Shown: piece after piece, positions 38,371 through 48,497 of the stretch | Layout: every line of letters starts with the position of its first letter | How positions within the stretch are numbered: the first letter of the stretch is position 1 | IMG/VR virus record: IMGVR_UViG_3300030107_003962 | Location: 1 to 61,102 of that record | Length of the DNA: 61,102 nucleotides | Direction: 5' to 3' (one strand) | Source of the DNA: a virus | Lineage: Duplodnaviria; Caudoviricetes | Notes under the pieces: generated by a model | The model's input: the letters and a program-made list of their open reading frames with translations, nothing else | Databases searched by the model: none | What the model was told of the DNA's origin: nothing | Position numbers and translations under genes: made by a program

Positions 38371-39276
38371 ATGGCAGAAAATAAAGGTAACTCAGAAAAT
38401 ACGAATCAGGATATGTTAGACCAAGTAGCTGATTCTGTTATGGATGACTCCGACTTTTTTGATAATTTGGAGCAACAGGTAAATGGGATAATAGCAGACC
38501 CCGAGCCAGTTGCGCCACGAGAAGAACAGGTAACTCAGGCCTCAGAAGCAGCTCCAGTTAATGACGCTGTGGAGACTCCAGACTCCAGACAAGAAGTGGA
38601 TTGGGATAGCGAAAGTAATCCTTACAAAAAGAGATATAGTGATTCATCAAGGGAAAACCAAAGAAATCAAGAATATATACAAGACACTAAGAAATATGGT
38701 GCTATTATAGATGTGATGAAAAAGGACCCCGGTTTAGTAGGTCACGTTAAAAACTACCTAGAAGGTAGTGTCCAACCAAATAAAGTTGATGTACCAAAGG
38801 ATTTTGTATTTGACCCAGATGAGGCATTTGCAGACCCCGGCTCTACATCTGCTAAAGTATTTGAGAAGGTAGTAACGAATATCGTTGATGCTAAAGTAAG
38901 GCAAAGCGAAAATAAAGTAGCAACTGCTATGGAAGCTGATGCCAAACAACAACAACAACGAGTAGGTGCTGAAAAATGGATGAAAGAAAATAATGTATCT
39001 CAAGAGGAATTTAATGTGATGATGGAAAAGGCTAATTCACATACTATATCTTATGATGATATTAATTTAATATTAAATAAAGATAAGTTTGCAAAGAATG
39101 TTGCCGATAATCAAAGAAGAGAAGTTGCAAAGCAAGCAGAAAATGCAAGAAATATAGCAACTCCTAATTTGACTCATTCCGCAAGCGCAGATACTACAGC
39201 TATTTCAGAAGATGATAGAATATTCAATTCTTTGATGGGATTTGAAGATAGCGAAAAAGGAATGTTCGACTCGTAG
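38371..39276 (+). CDS. Capsid scaffolding protein
   Basis: Acidic/helical protein between portal and MCP; NPYKKRYSDSSRE motif. Confidence 0.75.
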   Translation: MAENKGNSENTNQDMLDQVADSVMDDSDFFDNLEQQVNGIIADPEPVAPREEQVTQASEAAPVNDAVETPDSRQEVDWDSESNPYKKRYSDSSRENQRNQEYIQDTKKYGAIIDVMKKDPGLVGHVKNYLEGSVQPNKVDVPKDFVFDPDEAFADPGSTSAKVFEKVVTNIVDAKVRQSENKVATAMEADAKQQQQRVGAEKWMKENNVSQEEFNVMMEKANSHTISYDDINLILNKDKFAKNVADNQRREVAKQAENARNIATPNLTHSASADTTAISEDDRIFNSLMGFEDSEKGMFDS

Positions 39277-39298
39277 ACTTCTGCAAGTCTACTGTCGA
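39266..39298 (+). promoter_or_regulatory. Hairpin upstream of MCP (mRNA stabiliser or processing site)
   Basis: TCGAC-tc-GTAGACTT-ctgc-AAGTCTAC-t-GTCGA, no U-tract. Confidence 0.5.
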
Positions 39299-39326
39299 CT
39301 TAATAAAATAAAAGGATGGTAGACAA

Positions 39327-40973
39327 ATGGCAATAAATGATTATGCCGGCAATAGAAATATGGGCAATGCGACAGGTTGGTCAGAAGGACAAGCCTCATC
39401 GTGGGACCCAGCTTCTAGTACGGTAGACACAGGTGAAATGAGAAGAAAGTATAACTTTAGTGAGAAATTCACAGAGTTATCACTTGACCAAACACCTTTT
39501 TTTAGAATTGTTTCTAAAATAGGTAAAAAACCAACAGACGACCCACAATTCAAATATACTGAAAAAAGACAGTCTTGGATGAAGAGATATGGATATGCTG
39601 TAGGTACAGGAACAGCAGATGCAGCAATTCTGCAACTTACATCCGGTACCGCAGGTACATCCGTATCAGACTCTACAGAGTGGCTTTATATGGCAACAGA
39701 CTATAAGAGTGCTGGAAATCTCCAAAACATTATAGGTCAATCAGGCACATCAATTGGTGACGCTGGAACAAGACCTGAGTTTTACTTGCAGGGTCAGTTA
39801 GTTAAAGTTAATGTTACAAGTGCTAATGGTAGTGCAATGACAGACTATAAGTTGTTTCAAGTAATTGCAGCTCCGGTTGCTGGTTATGCTTGTCACACAA
39901 CTGATGCTGCTCTTACAACTGCTGGTGCTTTTATAACTACAGCTGCGTATGACCTTCTTGATGGACCAGCTGCAGCCAAATACTATGAGTGTGTAAAACT
40001 TAATGTTAAGCAAGTTAAGGACTCAAGTAAACAGGCAACTGCATACTTAATGACTTATGATAGTAGTGATGCTTTTATAGATGCTGCTGCTGTTACAGCT
40101 GAGACAGATGGTTCAGCAGGTGTAACTATAGCTGGTACATTAGAACCTAGACGTTCATATGTAGTAGGTACTTCTTACAAAGAAGGTTCAACTCTAATGG
40201 AACAAAACTGGGGCGACCAGCCATACAGCACAGGGTATGGATATACTCAGATATTCAGAAATGAATTCGGTATGTCTAATACTGCAAGAGCAACTGCGCT
40301 AAAGTATGAAAAGAACGAGTGGGCAAGACTATGGAGAGATAAACTTATCGAGCATAAGTGGGAAATTGAGCAAACAGCTCTATTCGGCTCTCAAGGAGTA
40401 GTTACTGGTGTAGGTTCTGATAATGACACACATTATTACACTCAAGGTGCTGTTGATTATGTTCTTAATAATGGTAACTTATTCAACTTAAACCTATCAA
40501 CTAAACTACAAGATGATTTCTTAGAAGACTTGAGTCAGCTTGTAGACCCAAGATACAATAACTCTAAGTCAATGATGTTTTTCTGTGATACAGCAACATA
40601 TAACTGGCTACATAAGTTAGGTGGATTTTTCAATAACAATCTTGAAATGTCAACTAACCATAGTGCTAGTTTCGCTGTTTCAGGTAAGAAGAGGTCATTT
40701 GGAGTTAGCTTCACAACTATCTCAACTGTTTATGGTGACATTAATGTTGCTAGAAACATCGCTTTAGATGGTAGTGGAATTAAAATCTTAGGTGTTAACA
40801 TGAACTATGTTAAATGGCGTCCTCTTGTAGGTAACGGTGTTAACAGAGACACATCAGTTTACGTTGGTGTACAAACTCTTGAAAATACTGGTACAGATAA
40901 GAGAGTAGATATGATACTAACTGAGGGTGGATTCGAGTGGTCAATGCCCGAATGTCACGCTCTATGGAAATAA
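39327..40973 (+). CDS. Major capsid protein (SU10/DUF5309-like HK97 fold)
   Basis: RRKYNF...DQTPFF...KKPTDDPQFKYTE; GYTQIFR...SNTARAT; EHKWEIEQTALFG; DMILTEGGFE..MPECHA. Confidence 0.85.
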   Translation: MAINDYAGNRNMGNATGWSEGQASSWDPASSTVDTGEMRRKYNFSEKFTELSLDQTPFFRIVSKIGKKPTDDPQFKYTEKRQSWMKRYGYAVGTGTADAAILQLTSGTAGTSVSDSTEWLYMATDYKSAGNLQNIIGQSGTSIGDAGTRPEFYLQGQLVKVNVTSANGSAMTDYKLFQVIAAPVAGYACHTTDAALTTAGAFITTAAYDLLDGPAAAKYYECVKLNVKQVKDSSKQATAYLMTYDSSDAFIDAAAVTAETDGSAGVTIAGTLEPRRSYVVGTSYKEGSTLMEQNWGDQPYSTGYGYTQIFRNEFGMSNTARATALKYEKNEWARLWRDKLIEHKWEIEQTALFGSQGVVTGVGSDNDTHYYTQGAVDYVLNNGNLFNLNLSTKLQDDFLEDLSQLVDPRYNNSKSMMFFCDTATYNWLHKLGGFFNNNLEMSTNHSASFAVSGKKRSFGVSFTTISTVYGDINVARNIALDGSGIKILGVNMNYVKWRPLVGNGVNRDTSVYVGVQTLENTGTDKRVDMILTEGGFEWSMPECHALWK

Positions 40974-40984
40974 GGGGGTTATAA

Positions 40985-41335
40985 ATGGCTAGTAGAAGTA
41001 GAAGTGATAAGTATTTTCTGGCTAATAATCCTAATGGTCAAGTAACAGACGCTCAAGTTGTAGCTTTAAAATCTTTATCAAACACAGAGTTGGATGATTT
41101 AGATGATATGGTTGCTGAGTTAAAGACCTTGACTACGGCTTTACCCGTAACTCAGACATTGGAAGATGTAACCGCAACTTATAGTTCAGGTTCAGCTCCG
41201 GCTGCAACAGGTGCTATAACAATTACAGATGGTGCATCTCCAACAAATGCAGAGCTTTTAGATTATTGTGAAGAACTTCGTTCTTTACTTGCAAGTGTAA
41301 TTGCAAATCTAAAAACAGGTGGAGTGCTTAGTTAG
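40985..41335 (+). CDS. Putative head decoration/head fibre protein
   Basis: Follows MCP; C-terminal LASVIANLKTGGVLS typical of trimeric head fibres. Confidence 0.55.
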   Translation: MASRSRSDKYFLANNPNGQVTDAQVVALKSLSNTELDDLDDMVAELKTLTTALPVTQTLEDVTATYSSGSAPAATGAITITDGASPTNAELLDYCEELRSLLASVIANLKTGGVLS

Positions 41336-41348
41336 TACAATACAATAG

Positions 41349-41398
41349 GTGTAGCGGTCTGGACTCTTTCGTTTGATTCTCCTCCGGGCCGCTTACAC
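41349..41398 (+). ncRNA. Candidate anti-Shine-Dalgarno stem-loop sRNA
   Basis: 15-bp stem with two G-U pairs (plus-strand specific) and a 19-nt loop CTCTTTCGTTTGATTCTCC complementary to early-gene RBSs. Confidence 0.55.
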
Positions 41399-41444
41399 TA
41401 CAATTCATTCACGGTAAACATAAACCTTAGAAGGGAAGAAAATT

Positions 41445-41954
41445 ATGGCAACAAACTTAAAACGATATTCAGTACAAGAGGCTTTAAATACAGCCCTCAA
41501 TGACGATGGAAATGCATTAAAAGTAGACCTCGATAATGCAAACATTACAGCTGGAAATATAGCAGTAGACCTAGACCATGCTAATGACGATGTCTTAGTA
41601 TATGGTTATGATGGCTCATCTAATCAAAAAATAAGTGTAAATTCAGACGGGGAAGTAATTACAACCCCCGGAACAGCCTCTGCAGTAGTAAAGACAGATG
41701 ACGGGCAAATAAAAGCATCAGGTGGAACTGTTTGGTCTTTGCAAATAGATATGGCTGGGGTTACAATAGGTGATAAAATTGAAATAAAGAATAGTACAGA
41801 TAACTCTGGTACAGCTTTATTGACATTTACATCAACAGCAGCAAATCAATCATTTACATTTACACCATCAATGGGAATAGCCTTTAGTACAGGTATATAT
41901 TCTGATGAAACAAAATCAGGTGGAACTATAACAGTTACTGCAGTTTACAGTTAA
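41445..41954 (+). CDS. Virion structural protein
   Basis: T/S/G/D-rich, beta-rich C-terminal domain; position in the head module. Confidence 0.6.
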   Translation: MATNLKRYSVQEALNTALNDDGNALKVDLDNANITAGNIAVDLDHANDDVLVYGYDGSSNQKISVNSDGEVITTPGTASAVVKTDDGQIKASGGTVWSLQIDMAGVTIGDKIEIKNSTDNSGTALLTFTSTAANQSFTFTPSMGIAFSTGIYSDETKSGGTITVTAVYS

Positions 41955-41966
41955 GGAGTCTAATAT

Positions 41967-44276
41967 ATGAGCTTTAAAACACAAGTTGAAGCCCTTGTTA
42001 CGGTTCCTGCAACATTTACAGAAGATATGCTGGGTGATTCCTTATCAAATGGGGCTAAAGATGTAATACAAAAAATAATGGTATCTAGGCCTGAAGATAT
42101 TTGGTTGTTTACTAAGTCTTCAGCAGTAGAGCCTTCAGGATTAACTGTAAATAGTGGCTTTGTATATGATGTATCAAGGGGGGCAAAATCTTGCACTCCA
42201 ATCCCCGGACCAATGAGACACAAAGCGGCAGATAGTAGTAGTTTAGCTTATGCTACATCAGAATTCCCTGTATATTATCACTTAGATAGTAAATTATTTA
42301 TATTACCAGAACCGGGAGCTGGTTCATCAAAAACAATATCAACATTCGCAACAGATTCAAACGGAACATTAATTACTACAAGTACAGACCATGGTTTTAA
42401 TGAGTCTGACAATATAATAATAGCAAATAGTGGAGATGAGACATATTACATAGGTGCGCATTATATACATTCAGTTCCATCATCTACGACATTCGTTATA
42501 ACATTAGCGTATAGTGCTGGTGCTGGGCAGACTGATTATACAGTATCAGAACCTACAGCATTATGCCAACATTTATCTTTACCAACTGTAACTCAAAGTG
42601 CTAGTTCAATAGCAAATTTTCCGGCAATTTACTACACTCCAGTAGTGTTGTATGGAGCTATGGATGTGGTCTTGCATTCTATGGCTAAAATCCATACCGA
42701 GTCTCCTACGTTAGACATACCTGCAGGACCCGTAGCTCCTATATTAAAAGAAATTACAACAACATTGCCGACATATACGGAACCTGAGCCTTTTATTATG
42801 CCAGTTCCACCTACTAGTGTAGGAGTAGATTTTGGGGGATTATCAGATTTACCAACTTATGAGTTAATAGATGTACCTGTTGCTCCGGCATTAGTTCTAC
42901 CAGTAAGTCAAATATCAATGACATCTTTAGAAACTGTAGATTTACCCGTTCCTCCACCAGCTCCTGAAATTGATAGTGGCGAGGCGAACTTTACTCAACC
43001 TAGATTAGATGCTCCAGTATATATAAAACCAGTATTTACACCACCTACATTCCCAATATTAGATGAAATTGTATTGCCATCAGCTCCAGTAGTGCCAGAG
43101 TTAGAATTCAATGAGGATGGGCAAACAAATCAAGCTGGCTCTAATTTAGCAGATTATTTACCACCAGTTTTAAATGCTCCAGAATGGACTAGTGTTGATG
43201 TGGCTATTATAGATGAAGACCCTGAGATGGTATCTTCAAAGTTGCAAAAAATACAAAGTCAAGTTTCTGTATTTCAATCTGAATTGCAATCTCAATTAAA
43301 TATTTATCAAAGAGATTTTGCAATATATGAAAATAAAATGAAAGAGGCTATGCAGAATTCTCAGGCGGGTGTATCTATTGAGAATAACAATAATCAAAGT
43401 CTATTAGCTAAATATGGACAAGAGCTTCAAAAGTATCAAGCTGAAAGTACTACAATATTACAGAAATGGGATAAGGATAATATCCAAAAGAAATATACAG
43501 AGTGGAACACGAAATATTCTAATTTGCTACAAGAATATCAGCAAAACATAGCAGTATCCCTAAATGAGTTTCAGGCAGAATCTGCAATATATAATGCAGA
43601 AATACAGAAAGCAATGCAAGATGCTACCAATAAGATGAATTCTTCTAATTCAGAATTTTCAGCAAAGCTAAATAAGTATAGCGGTGAGGTACAGGCATAT
43701 CAAGCTAAGACAGCGCATCAAGTGACAGAATGGAATGCATCTGTAGCTCAAGTAGCTATGACTGAATTTACTCAAAAAAGAGCAGATGCTATGACTGAAT
43801 GGAATACATCTTTAACATCAACTTATTCTTTATATGGACAAAGAGTTGCTGAGAGAAATAATAAATTTCAAGCAGAATTAAGTAAGTATTCAGCAGATAT
43901 AAATAAAAGAATGCAGGAGTATCAAGCTGAGACTGGACTCGATATGTCTATATATACAAATCAAATGAATCTTGCAACAGCTAAATTTCAAGCAGATATG
44001 AATCAGCAAGATACTTTATTTAAAAATCAAATACAAAAGTTCGTAACTGAATCTCAAGACGTTAGGTCAGAGAATCAAGAAATAATGAGTAAGTATACTG
44101 CTGCAGCCCAGCAATGGCAAGGGGAGGCTGGAGTATTAACAAATGAATATAATGCTAAATTACAAGATTTAGGGCAACAATATAATTGGTATGTTGCCAA
44201 ATTAGAGAGTTTAAGAGCTAAATATAATGAATCATTTATGTTGAGCCCTCAAGCACAACAACAACAAAAACAATAA
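41967..44276 (+). CDS. Head-tail adaptor-like protein with Pro-rich linker and long Gln-rich coiled coil
   Basis: N-terminal FPVYYHLDSKLFILPEP...FP..YYTPVVLYGA adaptor-like segment; repeated LxKYxxExQxYQA. Confidence 0.55.
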   Translation: MSFKTQVEALVTVPATFTEDMLGDSLSNGAKDVIQKIMVSRPEDIWLFTKSSAVEPSGLTVNSGFVYDVSRGAKSCTPIPGPMRHKAADSSSLAYATSEFPVYYHLDSKLFILPEPGAGSSKTISTFATDSNGTLITTSTDHGFNESDNIIIANSGDETYYIGAHYIHSVPSSTTFVITLAYSAGAGQTDYTVSEPTALCQHLSLPTVTQSASSIANFPAIYYTPVVLYGAMDVVLHSMAKIHTESPTLDIPAGPVAPILKEITTTLPTYTEPEPFIMPVPPTSVGVDFGGLSDLPTYELIDVPVAPALVLPVSQISMTSLETVDLPVPPPAPEIDSGEANFTQPRLDAPVYIKPVFTPPTFPILDEIVLPSAPVVPELEFNEDGQTNQAGSNLADYLPPVLNAPEWTSVDVAIIDEDPEMVSSKLQKIQSQVSVFQSELQSQLNIYQRDFAIYENKMKEAMQNSQAGVSIENNNNQSLLAKYGQELQKYQAESTTILQKWDKDNIQKKYTEWNTKYSNLLQEYQQNIAVSLNEFQAESAIYNAEIQKAMQDATNKMNSSNSEFSAKLNKYSGEVQAYQAKTAHQVTEWNASVAQVAMTEFTQKRADAMTEWNTSLTSTYSLYGQRVAERNNKFQAELSKYSADINKRMQEYQAETGLDMSIYTNQMNLATAKFQADMNQQDTLFKNQIQKFVTESQDVRSENQEIMSKYTAAAQQWQGEAGVLTNEYNAKLQDLGQQYNWYVAKLESLRAKYNESFMLSPQAQQQQKQ

Positions 44277-44285
44277 GGGGAAGAA

Positions 44286-44780
44286 ATGGCAGATAGATTA
44301 GACTGGAAAGTAAGTGTAACGCCTGTTAAACAAACTGCCGCTGGAACAGATGGTGGTGGAGTTCAAGCAGAAGTTATAGCTTATGACTTTAAAAAATCAC
44401 TAGGAGGAGGCAATTCATCAGGAACATGGGCAGGTAATAATACATCTGCATGGGCTGATGATGGCGGCACTCCACAACACACTTTATTACAAAGTAGGAC
44501 TTCAAACAATACAATAACAGTATCGTCAGGAGATGATGCTTTATGGATTAAGCATACAGGATTTAAGTATGATGCGTCTGTAACAACAGGGGCAAATGTA
44601 AACAAAGGTTCTGTTGCAGAAGATACAACTGTTGTCATAATAACTGCTGCCTCACAAGAGGTTTGTAGGTTGAAATCAGGAGAAGGTGTATTATTACCAA
44701 GTCCTAAAAATGCAACATGGACATTAACAGATGATGCAGGTGGTGAAGCGGTAGCTGTTGAATATGCAGTATTCACATAA
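44286..44780 (+). CDS. Virion structural protein
   Basis: LWIKHTGFKY...LKSGEGVLLP...VAVEYA; late module. Confidence 0.6.
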   Translation: MADRLDWKVSVTPVKQTAAGTDGGGVQAEVIAYDFKKSLGGGNSSGTWAGNNTSAWADDGGTPQHTLLQSRTSNNTITVSSGDDALWIKHTGFKYDASVTTGANVNKGSVAEDTTVVIITAASQEVCRLKSGEGVLLPSPKNATWTLTDDAGGEAVAVEYAVFT

Positions 44781-44789
44781 GGAGCTAAT

Positions 44790-45053
44790 ATGAAAGTAAA
44801 AGAACTAATGGAATTAGTAGGGGAGAATAAATTTAATTATGTTAAAAATCTAATAGAAGATGGGTTAGCTGAGATACAATTAGAAACTAATGAGAATATC
44901 ACTCAATATATATCTAATTTAGTGGGAGACCAAGCAGCATACAATCTCCCATCTAATTTAGTGCAAGTTAAATCTGTTAAAATTTTAGATTCAAATTCTT
45001 CTTATTACTGTCCTATACCTAGAGTAGATATACCAGATTACAAGGAGAAATAA
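44790..45053 (+). CDS. Adaptor-like protein (N-terminal half type)
   Basis: MKVKELME...LIEDGLAEI...GDQAAYNLPSNLVQVKSVKI. Confidence 0.55.
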   Translation: MKVKELMELVGENKFNYVKNLIEDGLAEIQLETNENITQYISNLVGDQAAYNLPSNLVQVKSVKILDSNSSYYCPIPRVDIPDYKEK

Positions 45054-45451
45054 TGGCATACGGAACCGATGTAGGAAGAAAAATATCTGATAAGTATGCG
45101 TATTTTATAAGGGGAAGGCAGTTAATTATAATTGAATATCCTACAGCATTGGAAGTTCCAATTGGCGATGAACCTCCTTATGTTGCTCCCACTACAACTA
45201 TCAATAGTGGATTATTATTAGAATATACTGCGATTCCTGATACCTCTGGCATTGTAAATGAATCAAGTGAAGTTCCATTGAACGATACGCTTGCTCTTGC
45301 ATTAGTGGATTATATAAGGGCAACTTTGATAGATTCTCCAGAATTAATACAGCAACGAGAATATTACATGACAAGATTTAGAAATAGAATAGCGAAATAT
45401 GTTACTGCTAGAGTAGGTGGAGTAAGAAGAGTAGTTACGAGGAAATTTTAA
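45053..45451 (+). CDS. Adaptor-like protein (C-terminal half type)
   Basis: [10 protein letters not shown]...[10 protein letters not shown]...[11 protein letters not shown]...YYMTRF. Confidence 0.55.
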   Translation: MAYGTDVGRKISDKYAYFIRGRQLIIIEYPTALEVPIGDEPPYVAPTTTINSGLLLEYTAIPDTSGIVNESSEVPLNDTLALALVDYIRATLIDSPELIQQREYYMTRFRNRIAKYVTARVGGVRRVVTRKF

Positions 45452-48378
45452 TGACCATATGGACTAATAGAAGTAGTGATTCTACTACATCTTGGACTTT
45501 AGATTCTGAAACATCTTCAACGAGTTGGAATTTAAAAGACGGTTCATCTACTATATTTGGTACGAGTAATTTCCCAGCTACTATATCTGGTGTGTTTGAT
45601 TCAGCGGCATCAGCAGCAACATCAGTATTGGGTGGTCCATATTCTCTTCTCGACGATAAAAGTTTCGTACTAGGAACCGATTCAGATTTTTACTTTAAAT
45701 ATGATACTACTAGAGATGGTTTTATTCTAGGGAGTAGCTCTAATACTAGTAGTAAATTCTTCACAATAGGCAGTCCATCCGGAGATATATTTACAATTGC
45801 ACATAATGGGAAGGTAACAATTGATGGTGATTTAGATGTTAATGGGACATCAACTACAGTATATGACATAGAAATAGAAGACAAAACTATAAGATTAGCT
45901 GGGGATGAAACTAATAATTCAAATGTGAATGGTGGGGGATTATATTTAGGCAGTTCAGGATTAAATCATTTTATGACATATGTAAGTTCTGGTGATTATT
46001 GGAATTTTAGTACTAATATAAATATCCCAGATGATGGGAAAATATTAAGCGGTGGTTCTCAAATAATAGAGTACGATAATGGTGCTTTTGCAAATGATAT
46101 GTGGTTATTATTTGGAACAGGCTCAGAGCACATGAAACTTTCTTCAAAGGGAAACAAGAACTTAATTCTGTCTACTAATAAAGGCGAAAATGAGACAACT
46201 CCTTTTGGTAGCTCAGGGTATATAGAAATACAAAGTGACATTAATGGAGATATACAAATAACTCCTCACGGAACTGGCAATTTAATATTGGGCAATTCCA
46301 CAGGTGGCGGGATACACTTTACATCAGATATTGTTTACGACCAAAATGGACAGCAAATATTTAGAATAGAAGGCGTTAGTTCCGCTGTAAATACATTAAA
46401 GATGAAATCATCAATTGCAGATAGCGGTCCTGAATTATTTCCAGAGGGCTCAGATACTAATATAGATTTAAACATAAAGTCAAAAGGAACTGGCGATATA
46501 ATATCAGCAGCAGATAAACATTATATTAAGGGTGATAGTGGCGATTACTTTGTTAATATAGACCCAGACAACAATCAATTTTGGCTTACAGACAATCAAA
46601 GTGATGTAGCTTATAACATATTTTCTGACAATAATGATGGGGTTATATTTTCTGTGGGTAAAGACACTTATCCAACTATAAGATTGTACGACAAGGATGA
46701 TGCGGGGAAAGAATATAAGCATTATATACTCGCTGGGAAAAGCTGGTTAAGTAGTCACAATGGGTTTGATTTTAAACTAGGGACTGCTGGCAATTTCGCA
46801 ATAGATATGAGTGATGGGGGTTTATTTACATTATATAGTGGCAATACAGCAAATAAATTTGAAATAAACACAGACGCCAATGGAGTTACAAAGATAGTTA
46901 CAAATGATGGTAATCCTACAGATAGCGACCATGTTGCACACCTTACCGTAGAACCAGATGGAGATTTTATAGTTAATGTAGATGAGGATTGTGAATTTAT
47001 TATACAAGAAGACGGCGGCACATATACACCTACAGCTGATAATCACGCAGCTACAAAGAAATATGTAGATGACCAGCAAAATACAGGACCAACGGGGCCT
47101 ACGGGACCAACAGGACCAGCAGGAACCCCCGGAACAGACGGAACAGATGGCAGCGATGGTGTTGATGGAACTCCGGGTACTCCGGGTTCTGATGGCTCAG
47201 ATGGAAGTCCGGGACCTACAGGGCCTTCAGGGACCGATGGAAGTGACGGAAGTGATGGTAGTCCGGGGCCAACTGGACCAACGGGTCCAACAGGGCCTAC
47301 TGGACCAAGTGGTAGCGATGGTACACCCGGTTCTGATGGTAGCGATGGAGGACCGGGGCCTACTGGACCTACTGGACCAAGCGGTAATGATGGAGCAGAC
47401 GGTAGTGATGGAGCTACAGGGCCAACAGGACCTACGGGGCCAACAGGGCCAAGTGGAGTAGCTGGGGCATTAGATGATTTGTCTGATGTAACATTTTCTA
47501 GTGGCGATTTAACTATTACGGATTTAGATACAATGTTATTCACAACAACTACTGGAACTATCCAACATGATACTGGCCCATATTTCTTTATGAGGTCAGA
47601 CCACGATAATCCATATTGGTATTGGTCAGAGGGTGGAACTAGTATATTAAGTGACCAAAGAGCATCTATAAATGTTACCGCTACAACTAGTTCATTTTCT
47701 TTATATAATCCTGCAAATATTTCACAGTATTTTGATATAGCAACCGGAGCAAGTGGAGATACAACGCTTAGAACATTTTCAGGTGATATGACTCTTAACT
47801 CAAAGACAGGCAATATAACAGTACAAGACGACGGGGGTGCATACACCCCAAGTTCAGATTATCATATAGCTACTAAAAAGTATGTAGATGATGAAATTGC
47901 TGGAGTAGACCCATTTCATATCGCTATTCCACAAAATGCATTTAAACCATCTGTGAATAATAGTTGGTATCCCCCAAATTATAATCAGAATATGGGAAGC
48001 ACGATAACAGCTGCTGATTTTCAAGACCAAACTTTAACATATGCTCATATTTTCCAAACATCAGTAGATACAACTTTAGTAGGTCTTATGTTAAATTTTT
48101 ATGCTAGTTCAAGTGTTTCCTACGAAATTGCATTATACGATGTGACTCTTCCATCTGATGGCGCTACAGTTGCATCAACTGTAACTCAGATTGGTTCTGA
48201 TATTCAATTAAATGGAGGGAGTGCTTTAACATCTTATAGATATTATAGGATAAAACAAACACTTGGCGCATACTCATTAGCAGCTGACCACGGAGTTTAT
48301 TTAATTGGTAGATATACGAGTGGTAGTGGCAAAAAATCACTTTATTTTAGTGGAACATTGGAAGGGTCAAATGGATAA
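45451..48378 (+). CDS. Collagen-repeat fibre protein
   Basis: G-X-Y run at about 47086-47461 flanked by duplicated (Q)xDGGxYTP..xH.ATKKYVDD motifs. Confidence 0.8.
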   Translation: MTIWTNRSSDSTTSWTLDSETSSTSWNLKDGSSTIFGTSNFPATISGVFDSAASAATSVLGGPYSLLDDKSFVLGTDSDFYFKYDTTRDGFILGSSSNTSSKFFTIGSPSGDIFTIAHNGKVTIDGDLDVNGTSTTVYDIEIEDKTIRLAGDETNNSNVNGGGLYLGSSGLNHFMTYVSSGDYWNFSTNINIPDDGKILSGGSQIIEYDNGAFANDMWLLFGTGSEHMKLSSKGNKNLILSTNKGENETTPFGSSGYIEIQSDINGDIQITPHGTGNLILGNSTGGGIHFTSDIVYDQNGQQIFRIEGVSSAVNTLKMKSSIADSGPELFPEGSDTNIDLNIKSKGTGDIISAADKHYIKGDSGDYFVNIDPDNNQFWLTDNQSDVAYNIFSDNNDGVIFSVGKDTYPTIRLYDKDDAGKEYKHYILAGKSWLSSHNGFDFKLGTAGNFAIDMSDGGLFTLYSGNTANKFEINTDANGVTKIVTNDGNPTDSDHVAHLTVEPDGDFIVNVDEDCEFIIQEDGGTYTPTADNHAATKKYVDDQQNTGPTGPTGPTGPAGTPGTDGTDGSDGVDGTPGTPGSDGSDGSPGPTGPSGTDGSDGSDGSPGPTGPTGPTGPTGPSGSDGTPGSDGSDGGPGPTGPTGPSGNDGADGSDGATGPTGPTGPTGPSGVAGALDDLSDVTFSSGDLTITDLDTMLFTTTTGTIQHDTGPYFFMRSDHDNPYWYWSEGGTSILSDQRASINVTATTSSFSLYNPANISQYFDIATGASGDTTLRTFSGDMTLNSKTGNITVQDDGGAYTPSSDYHIATKKYVDDEIAGVDPFHIAIPQNAFKPSVNNSWYPPNYNQNMGSTITAADFQDQTLTYAHIFQTSVDTTLVGLMLNFYASSSVSYEIALYDVTLPSDGATVASTVTQIGSDIQLNGGSALTSYRYYRIKQTLGAYSLAADHGVYLIGRYTSGSGKKSLYFSGTLEGSNG

Positions 48379-48487
48379 GATACCAGTAATAGAAGAAGAA
48401 AAAGGAATTCATTATACTGAAGAAAGTATAGAATTGTTAATTGAAAAAATAAACGAAATAATAGACTGGATTAACAGTCAATCATAA
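48371..48487 (+). CDS. 38-aa protein
   Basis: [12 protein letters not shown]...[16 protein letters not shown]. Confidence 0.6.
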   Translation: MDKIPVIEEEKGIHYTEESIELLIEKINEIIDWINSQS

Positions 48488-48497
48488 GGAGGCCATT

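Noticed and set aside
40960-40990. Programmed frameshift or readthrough extending the capsid protein (T7 10B-like)
   Set aside because: No slippery heptamer, and the -1 frame hits TAA immediately before the next ATG.
47043-47846. 267-aa minus-strand Pro/Ser/Val-rich ORF, and similar ones at 57923-58240, 58736-59107 and 59846-60055
   Set aside because: Antisense shadows of Gly-X-Y collagen codons in plus-strand fibre genes.
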